Positions 15,096 through 21,536 of a stretch of DNA of 21,536 bases are shown piece by piece. Both the position numbers and the translations under genes were made by a program. The DNA is from Pseudobdellovibrionaceae bacterium. Lineage in GTDB: Bacteria > Bdellovibrionota > Bdellovibrionia > Bdellovibrionales > Bdellovibrionaceae. The stretch lies in NCBI GenBank assembly GCA_044359815.1, contig JBIKLL010000045.1:1-21536 (forward strand). The letters run 5' to 3'. Within the stretch, counting starts at the first letter, position 1; every line of letters starts with the position of its first letter. The notes beneath the pieces are model-generated. The model was given only the letters and a program-made list of their open reading frames with translations, did not search any database and was not told where the DNA came from.

Positions 15096-18000
15096 TTATC
15101 GGTATGTTCCTGGTGCGGCTCTTGTGATAGTAAAACTCAAATAATCCAAGTCAAAGTTTCTTGCGGTACCTGCCGTGCCCCCAGTTTGCACATACAGCAT
15201 TGGGCAAAGTGCGATGCTTGTTGGATTTGCAGTCCCCCCAGGAGCAATCGCGGTCCCAGTCAGCGCACCATTTTTAAAGAAACTAATGGTTCCTGCATTA
15301 TAATAGATAGTAAATCTCTCATAAGTAGACGCGCTGGCGGAAATTGATGATGCAGTCCCTTGTGAAATCGCTGAAGCCCCATAACTGGTGGGAGTAAATA
15401 CAGTGGTGCTTGCATTTGTTTGCAAGAAATAAACACCAGGAACTGTGGAAGCTGCCGCTGTAGCTGTGTATGTCAATACACCTCCACCCACCATACCTAA
15501 TAAAACCATTTGATTTGCTGAAGTGGCAGAAACAGCTAGACGAGAATCAAATGTCCAAACATCACCAGATTGATAAGCTGTATTTCCTGTAAAGTTTCCG
15601 GCCGTTGCATTGCCACCGCAAAATCCCACACCGCCTTTTAAGCTTGTTGTCGTAGGTGTTGCCATTCTGAAAGCACCAGATGGAGCATTGGCTTGATAAA
15701 TCGGAGCGCCAGTCACAGCCGTACCACTGGATGTGAACAGAGCCGTACCAACATGATAAGTTGCCGTTGCCGCATAGGCACTTAGTACAGAAGTAAAATC
15801 CTCAAAAAGAGAAGTTCTAAGCCTGGACGGGATACCAGGAGCATTGACCAAACCACCAGCTATAGCCCCAGTCACTGTCATTACTGTTGCTGGTGTGTTG
15901 TCAGCAGATCCAGTGGTTCCTCTTGGACTTGAAACTTGAAAGCTTACATTCGATCCCGCATTTCCAGTCGAGGTCCCAGCAGAAATCGTTGCATCACCAC
16001 CCGCTAGATCGGTACCAGCTAATACTGCGCCACCCGCATTTACTGTAAGACCATTACCTGCAGTTGCTGCCGTGGTATGTCTTTCCATCCCAATTCTTTG
16101 TGCTACTTGACCGCTAAATCCCAGTGAAAAAGCGTTCGTTAAAGTCGCATTCGATCCTGCTGTTGGCGGACCAGATATATTAACAGTTGATGCATTGGTA
16201 ACCGTCGAAGCGCCTACGAAAGCATAAGTTGGAGCTTGGACTCTGACGGCACGTTGATTAGTGATGGCACCCGTTGCAAAAGTTCTGGTGCTGGCTAAAT
16301 TTAAATCCACATCCACCGCTTCAGCCGAGGCAGTCAAAGTAGTGTCTGTCGGAGAAGTCACTGTTAACAATGAAGGCGTCATTGAAGCTCGTGCGCTGGG
16401 TGCTATCGTCAACCCACCACCCACTGTCGGTGAGGTAGTCCCGATGCCCACATTACCTGACGCCACTAACAATCCATAATTGTTGGTCGCACCACTGGCT
16501 GAAAAATATCCAGCTACGTTGGTTGAAGTGGTCCCTGTAGCTGTCACATCAGAATACGTTCCGTACCTGGTAACAGAGGCCGAAGCGTTAGCGCCTGAAG
16601 CCGCAATATTTAAAATTTTATTTGATGTCGATCCAGCAGTTGAAGACGAGCTTAAATTTAAAACATTTCCAGTGGTCAATCCATTGGCAGTGATTTGTAA
16701 GGCATCAGCCGTGGTCACACTGTTTGCTGTTATTGAGGCTGCATCTGTCGTAGTTCCAGTACTTGTTAAATTAATTCCACCAGATCCTGCTCGGATATCA
16801 GTTTGTGCGGCACCCGTATTATCGCCCAAAGTTAAAGTGTTTCCCGCACCCGGAGAAACAGTAGCAGCCGGAATCGTAGTTGAGAAACTAGGCACACCCG
16901 AACTGTCTGTCACCAACACTGAACTGTTTGCAGATGTTAATCCACCAACAACATTGTTTGCGCTGGAATATAATAATTGATTACCAGTGGTCGTAGCAGG
17001 GAAAGTTGCAGTCGTAAACGCAGCTCCACCAGCTTGATACTGCAGCAATTGCCCATTAGATCCAGTCAATGCAGAAAGCGCACCACCAGCACCAGAAGTT
17101 AACACCGCTAAAGTTCCAAGCGAAGTTGCACCAGTACCACCATTACCAATGGGCAAGGTTCCAGTGATAGCTGCAGCCTGACCCAGATCAACAGATCCAA
17201 ACGCTGGAGTTCCGCCAGAACCGGCTCTTAAAACCTGATGTTCTGTGCCTGCAGCTGTGGCTTGAATTGCGCTCGTGCCATTACCAAACAAAGCGCCATT
17301 AGCAGTGAATGTGGTTGCACCCGTACCACCATTGGCAACACTGTTTGCAGCCCAAGTCACAGCACCTGATCCATTTGTTGACAAGAAATACCCTGCAGTT
17401 CCATCAGTGGCTGGCAGAGTGTAAGCACCGATTCTTACGGCACCGTTAACATGCAAAGGCGCACTCGGCGAAGTCGTTCCGATACCCACATTGCCAGAAC
17501 CTAAAATAGTCATAGCAGTACCTGGAGTGCCATCAGTTGTGCCTGAGCCACCAGCTGCGTGAGTTACAAAATACATATTTGATGAACCAGATCCAGTTGA
17601 TGTTCCTGAATACAAATACAAATCACCACCGTTTTTATCAGTAGCACCTGTGGTCGCTGCACCAGCTCGCACAGTCAGATTGTTTCCAGCTGTGTCCGCA
17701 GTTGAATGTCGCTCCATCCCTACTGTTCTGGCAGCATCACCATTTAATGACAGCATAAATGACGGAGTCGTTGTCTGTGCGCCGATTGAAATATTTCCGG
17801 CAGCATCAACACTTAATCTGTTTGCACCATTTGATACAAATCTAAGTGAGTTATTGTCTGTAGTTCCAAAAGTTGCAGTACCGCCAAAAGCATTACCACC
17901 ATTAACAACTGCAGTTGTAGGCAACATATTAGCTGCCATTTTTCCAGCAGCATCCAACAATACAACCTTACCCGAATCACCTGCTCCGGCAGAAGTATTG

Positions 18001-18644
18001 ACAGCATCAATTCTGGCTGTAGGAATTGTTCCTGTAGTCAGCAATGCAGCACTGTGATTAGGCAACATATTTGTGTTTATTAATCCCGAAGCATCCAATA
18101 AAACTAATTTTCCCGCATCACCAGCACCTGCTGATGTGTTTGTTTTTGAAGCCGTTGCGATCCCCGCAGTCGTTACACTCAGTGCTTGAACACTTTGAGC
18201 AATGCTGGCAACAAAAGCTGTCGGCACAGCATTGATTGTTACGTCAAACTGAGGATTTGATCCATCAATCGTTGATACAGCGTAAATTCTGACTACGATT
18301 CCACCGTTACCCGATGACTGCAACAGAGCTGGATTCAAAGTGTCGCCAGTAAAATCATTATTCATGCTGGTACCAGCTGGCAGAGCTGATAAATCACTTC
18401 CAGCTCCAGACATATCAAAAGTAAATAAACCGTTTGTGATTACAACCGAATCTTGCTTACCCCAGATCACCGCACCGTTTTGCAAAACACCAAATGCTAG
18501 GGTGTATGTTCCATCGGTGACAGCTGTTCCGCTGAGTTTTTTCATGTAACCTTGCACGGTGATCGTATTGATCGTTGGTGCCGCATGTGTTGTCAGTGAC
18601 AACAATGCGATGGCTAGCATCAGATAACGTCCAATTGTTTTCAT
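15096..18644 (-). CDS. Large secreted phage-tail-fibre-like adhesin (1182 aa, Ala/Gly/Thr/Ser-rich, mosaic)
   Basis: Signal peptide ending THA-A; N-terminal ITVQG..G..DGTYTLAF..IW..V.ITNGLF domain; two GNVGIGTTSP and two NGGTGAT fibre motifs; internal duplicated modules; C-terminal beta-sandwich-like domain. Confidence 0.8.
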   Translation of the reverse strand: MKTIGRYLMLAIALLSLTTHAAPTINTITVQGYMKKLSGTAVTDGTYTLAFGVLQNGAVIWGKQDSVVITNGLFTFDMSGAGSDLSALPAGTSMNNDFTGDTLNPALLQSSGNGGIVVRIYAVSTIDGSNPQFDVTINAVPTAFVASIAQSVQALSVTTAGIATASKTNTSAGAGDAGKLVLLDASGLINTNMLPNHSAALLTTGTIPTARIDAVNTSAGAGDSGKVVLLDAAGKMAANMLPTTAVVNGGNAFGGTATFGTTDNNSLRFVSNGANRLSVDAAGNISIGAQTTTPSFMLSLNGDAARTVGMERHSTADTAGNNLTVRAGAATTGATDKNGGDLYLYSGTSTGSGSSNMYFVTHAAGGSGTTDGTPGTAMTILGSGNVGIGTTSPSAPLHVNGAVRIGAYTLPATDGTAGYFLSTNGSGAVTWAANSVANGGTGATTFTANGALFGNGTSAIQATAAGTEHQVLRAGSGGTPAFGSVDLGQAAAITGTLPIGNGGTGATSLGTLAVLTSGAGGALSALTGSNGQLLQYQAGGAAFTTATFPATTTGNQLLYSSANNVVGGLTSANSSVLVTDSSGVPSFSTTIPAATVSPGAGNTLTLGDNTGAAQTDIRAGSGGINLTSTGTTTDAASITANSVTTADALQITANGLTTGNVLNLSSSSTAGSTSNKILNIAASGANASASVTRYGTYSDVTATGTTSTNVAGYFSASGATNNYGLLVASGNVGIGTTSPTVGGGLTIAPSARASMTPSLLTVTSPTDTTLTASAEAVDVDLNLASTRTFATGAITNQRAVRVQAPTYAFVGASTVTNASTVNISGPPTAGSNATLTNAFSLGFSGQVAQRIGMERHTTAATAGNGLTVNAGGAVLAGTDLAGGDATISAGTSTGNAGSNVSFQVSSPRGTTGSADNTPATVMTVTGAIAGGLVNAPGIPSRLRTSLFEDFTSVLSAYAATATYHVGTALFTSSGTAVTGAPIYQANAPSGAFRMATPTTTSLKGGVGFCGGNATAGNFTGNTAYQSGDVWTFDSRLAVSATSANQMVLLGMVGGGVLTYTATAAASTVPGVYFLQTNASTTVFTPTSYGASAISQGTASSISASASTYERFTIYYNAGTISFFKNGALTGTAIAPGGTANPTSIALCPMLYVQTGGTAGTARNFDLDYLSFTITRAAPGTYR

Positions 18645-19537
18645 TGGGCCCTCACTTGGTTTACTATATTATTTATTCCAGTTTCTAAGCGATAACTTGT
18701 CCCGCCATCTGTCACATAGCTGGGAACAAAGTAACTTGAAAAATCCCCACTGTAGCTGGTACCGCCATCGGTGACTTTCCCACCTGGGAAAGCTCCGGCT
18801 AAATACAACAACACATTAGGACTCCAAGTAATTGTCAGTGTGTCACCGGCAGATTGATTGCCGGCTAAATCAAATGCATAATATGTCCATGCGGTCGTCG
18901 CACCTTCGGTCATGGTTATACCGTTTGAAAACGCATTACTGGATGGAGTCACCGTGACGCCACCAGGACCTGTCATTGTGTGAGTGTCATTGGAAACAGT
19001 TCCAGAAATTGTGATCGCGCCAGAATTTCCTGAATGATTGTAGGTTGGAACCCCTGTTGGTGCAGAGATTACCGGTGCTGCTGGCGCTGTGTTGTCTATC
19101 CTTACTGTCAACGATGCTGTTGCATCAGAAATCACATTGTCTGCAATTGTGTAAGCTGTCAGAGTCAGGGCCTTGTCGCCCTCTTCTGCAGAAATAAATG
19201 TCCGTGACCAAGCATAGGTACCATCTGCCCCACAATATGCGACTTCAGAATAAGTTGTGCTGCCATCAGAAACTTTAACATTATTAATACCGCGACCACA
19301 TTCGCCCTCGATAGTCAGCTTTAATCCCTTAATGTAGTATCTGCTGGAAGCCGTGATCGGAGTCCAGCTGGATCCAGAATCAGTTGGATAAACTGATGTG
19401 ATATTTAAACTGCCAGAACCAATGGTGCCACCCGCTCCACCCGATGAGGAAACTGAACCAACGCCGCCTTGCTGAGCACAGGCCGCAGTCATTAACAGAG
19501 CGATAAAATATCTGGGCACGACCATAGTGGTTTTCAA
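18641..19537 (-). CDS. Lipoprotein with Ig-like domains, translationally coupled to the fibre gene
   Basis: Lipobox LLMTAA-C20, Gly/Ser linker, Cys pair (GECG...YCGADG), Big-like IDNTAPAAPVIS and AFDLAGNQS. Stop overlaps the fibre start (ATGA, 18644-18641). Start is TTG 19537 (AAGGA upstream) or ATG 19525. Confidence 0.8.
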   Translation of the reverse strand: MKTTMVVPRYFIALLMTAACAQQGGVGSVSSSGGAGGTIGSGSLNITSVYPTDSGSSWTPITASSRYYIKGLKLTIEGECGRGINNVKVSDGSTTYSEVAYCGADGTYAWSRTFISAEEGDKALTLTAYTIADNVISDATASLTVRIDNTAPAAPVISAPTGVPTYNHSGNSGAITISGTVSNDTHTMTGPGGVTVTPSSNAFSNGITMTEGATTAWTYYAFDLAGNQSAGDTLTITWSPNVLLYLAGAFPGGKVTDGGTSYSGDFSSYFVPSYVTDGGTSYRLETGINNIVNQVRAQ

Positions 19538-19540
19538 GGT

Positions 19541-21061
19541 TTAATTTCCTTCCCTTTTAATGCAGTACTTTTCGATAAATCCATCTGCACCATTTGGAGC
19601 TTGTACTTTTATCCAATTTTCTTTTTCTGAAACCTGTCCTAAAACAGATTTGCCAGATTCAAACTGACCAATAATTTTGTATTCGCTGGCAGGTTTTCTG
19701 TGAATGTTGCAATCCTTCACTACAATATAAGGACGAGCTCCCTCTAACACCTGAGCAGCTTCTGCTGCTGAAGCCAATCCACGAACCTGCGCTGTGCTTT
19801 TTTCTCGTCTAGAAGCAATGATATTAGACTTAGCTTCTTCTTGGCTTTTTTCTGCCTTGGCAGTTTCAAGCTCAACAGCTGATCTGATAACAAAAGTCGA
19901 AGCCTCTGATGATTCTTCAGTTGCTTTATCACGAGCTTCTTTTAATTTTGCAGCGTGAGTTTTCCATTTTTCAGTTTCAGCTTCGATACGAACACGGTCT
20001 TCTTCGGCTTTGTCTTTTGATCGCTTAGAAGATTCGATTTCTTTTTCGTATTTAGCAATTTCGCCTTGTACTTTTGCTAACAATTGATTTTTATCTTTTT
20101 CAGAATTTGACAAATCATTTTTAGCTGATTGCAGACTTGCATTCGCTTTTTCGTATTTTTTGCGAGCTTCATCAAGCTGTGCCATAATGGCCTTTTTTTC
20201 ATTCATTTTGTCTTCGATTTGTTTTTTAACAATTAACCAATCAGCGCGGGCCTTCATCTCGTCAGCTTCGACAGCTGTTTTGCGAGCATCGGCTCTGGCG
20301 ATATCAGTTTCTAATCCAGAAATTTCAGTGCGCATTCTTTGGATTTCAACCTGACGTCGGGCATAGGCTCTTTCAGCCTTTTCTTTTTGTTGCTTCAGAT
20401 TTTCCAATGTTTCTTGCAGTTTTGTACGAGTGCCTTCCAACTGACCATGAATTGTTTGGTATTGACTTTCTGTGGCCTTTGAATCTTGCTCGACTGCTTG
20501 CAATTGTTTTTCAGTCGTGTCCAATCTGTCTTGAGTGTATTTTAAATCTGTGTTCAAGATTCTGATTTGAGCTTCAGCGTCTTTTTGTCTGAGCTTGTAG
20601 CCTTCGATTTGATATTTTTTGCGAGCGATTTGAATTTCTGCGTCCTTTTTTTCTTGCTCATATTTGTCAGAAATTTCAACTTGCTTGCGCTCGATTTCTT
20701 CTGTGCGTTTGTAATTATCAAGCTCCTCATCTCTTAATTGATTTAAAGCACCGTAGGGATAAAGTTGCTTTTTCTCAAGCTCAGTGATTTCGGTTTTTGA
20801 AGGCGCAGGGGTATACGCTTCTTCAGCATCGATGATGGCTTGATTGGTTTTTGAATCCGAAACAGCCGTCACTTTATCCTCTTCTTTTTTCTCAGCTGAT
20901 GCCGGAGCTCTCTCCGCTTCACCGCCGACTTTCTTTTTGGGCAATGCTTGATTCACATTGCCTTTGTCTGCTTTTTTGCTTCTGGCAAACAAAGCGTCTT
21001 GTGCTGTCATCGTTGTGATCAATATGGCTAACGCCATTTTGATAATTTTTTTGCTTCCCAT
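19541..21061 (-). CDS. Exported long coiled-coil protein with C-terminal bacterial SH3-like domain
   Basis: ATG at 21061 (GGAG RBS 6 nt upstream) is preferred over the track's 21079. Signal-peptide-like N-terminus; about 300 aa of K/E/A/Q-rich heptads; CNIHRKPASEYKIIG...NWIKVQAPNGADGFI fits the SH3b pattern. Confidence 0.78.
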   Translation of the reverse strand: MGSKKIIKMALAILITTMTAQDALFARSKKADKGNVNQALPKKKVGGEAERAPASAEKKEEDKVTAVSDSKTNQAIIDAEEAYTPAPSKTEITELEKKQLYPYGALNQLRDEELDNYKRTEEIERKQVEISDKYEQEKKDAEIQIARKKYQIEGYKLRQKDAEAQIRILNTDLKYTQDRLDTTEKQLQAVEQDSKATESQYQTIHGQLEGTRTKLQETLENLKQQKEKAERAYARRQVEIQRMRTEISGLETDIARADARKTAVEADEMKARADWLIVKKQIEDKMNEKKAIMAQLDEARKKYEKANASLQSAKNDLSNSEKDKNQLLAKVQGEIAKYEKEIESSKRSKDKAEEDRVRIEAETEKWKTHAAKLKEARDKATEESSEASTFVIRSAVELETAKAEKSQEEAKSNIIASRREKSTAQVRGLASAAEAAQVLEGARPYIVVKDCNIHRKPASEYKIIGQFESGKSVLGQVSEKENWIKVQAPNGADGFIEKYCIKREGN

Positions 21062-21102
21062 ATGTTGCTCCAACCCCAAAGTTGAGTATTTTTCTAGTAT
21101 GC

Positions 21103-21130
21103 GTTTCGGTGAAACTTAGCTAAAGCTTAA
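21103..21130 (-). promoter_or_regulatory. Possible sigma28 (FliA)-like promoter TTAAG-N15-ACCGAAAC for the coiled-coil/lipoprotein/fibre operon
   Basis: -35-like at 21130-21126 and -10-like at 21110-21103, about 40 nt upstream of ATG 21061. Confidence 0.45.
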
Positions 21131-21293
21131 GGAAATCCACCATGAGGACAGTTTATGGTTCAAAACTGGACGTTGGTTTTTAATCCAAAACACAGATTTT
21201 TGTTCAGCAAACCACTTGCTCCAGATAGGGACAAGATTGAGATTTAAAAATGACTTATTCTGGAACGGTCGACTTTGGTTTGATCTAGGACAA

Positions 21294-21536
21294 CTAGTTT
21301 TTAGTCGATTTAATTTCAATGTCCCTGGTATCGGGATTTTGATTATTTTTTGATATATTTAATTGAAAAACTGGTGCAAATCTTTGCAGATCAGAAATAT
21401 TTAATAAATTTCCCCACTCAATAAACACCCAACCTTGGCTTGCCGCCAAAATATCAAACACACCTATGGATTCCATCTCTGCTGGATTTTCAAAAATTCG
21501 GTACAAATCCAAATGATGAATCTCAAACCCTGATTC
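21294..21536 (-). CDS. tsaE: tRNA t6A biosynthesis ATPase TsaE (YjeE), 3' portion only
   Basis: The frame is open from the window edge: ESGFEIHHLDLYRI...ESIG...VFIEWG...RDIEI. HxDLYR and IEW are TsaE hallmarks. The track's start at 21512 is internal. Confidence 0.85.
   Translation of the reverse strand, partial: ESGFEIHHLDLYRIFENPAEMESIGVFDILAASQGWVFIEWGNLLNISDLQRFAPVFQLNISKNNQNPDTRDIEIKSTKN

Noticed and set aside
16261..18549. Plus-strand ORFs (up to 166 aa) opposite the fibre gene
   Set aside because: Antisense shadows expected from Ala/Gly/Thr/Val-rich codon usage; no RBS or recognisable motifs.
15096..18644. Prophage tail fibre or DGR target
   Set aside because: It has a Sec signal peptide, there are no neighbouring phage genes, and no reverse transcriptase or adenine-variant template repeat is present in the window.
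21116..21319. 67-aa ORF between tsaE and the coiled-coil gene
   Set aside because: It overlaps the tsaE end, has no RBS or motif, and covers the likely promoter region.

Overview
Bacterial chromosomal window. The gene content and protein style point to a predatory Bdellovibrionota-like genome (inference). Left to right it contains: (1) the 5' part of a secreted S9-type peptidase gene, missed by the ORF track, divergent from an outer-membrane beta-barrel gene; (2) a tightly packed minus-strand housekeeping operon: cysteine desulfurase - mnmA - mtaB - rnc - era - der - Na+-dependent (NSS) transporter; (3) two convergent hypothetical genes whose whole 410-bp intergenic space is one long imperfect palindrome, built from REP-like modules and flanked by TA at both ends; (4) an envelope cluster: a beta-barrel, a TMTC-like (GT-C + TPR) putative protein glycosyltransferase, and a 3-gene minus-strand operon (coiled-coil/SH3 protein, Ig-like lipoprotein, 1182-aa phage-tail-fibre-like adhesin); (5) the 3' end of tsaE. 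The best candidates for undescribed biology are the foldback element (10799-11212) and the fibre/lipoprotein/glycosyltransferase/barrel cluster (12106-21130). All calls come from reading motifs by eye; no searches were run.
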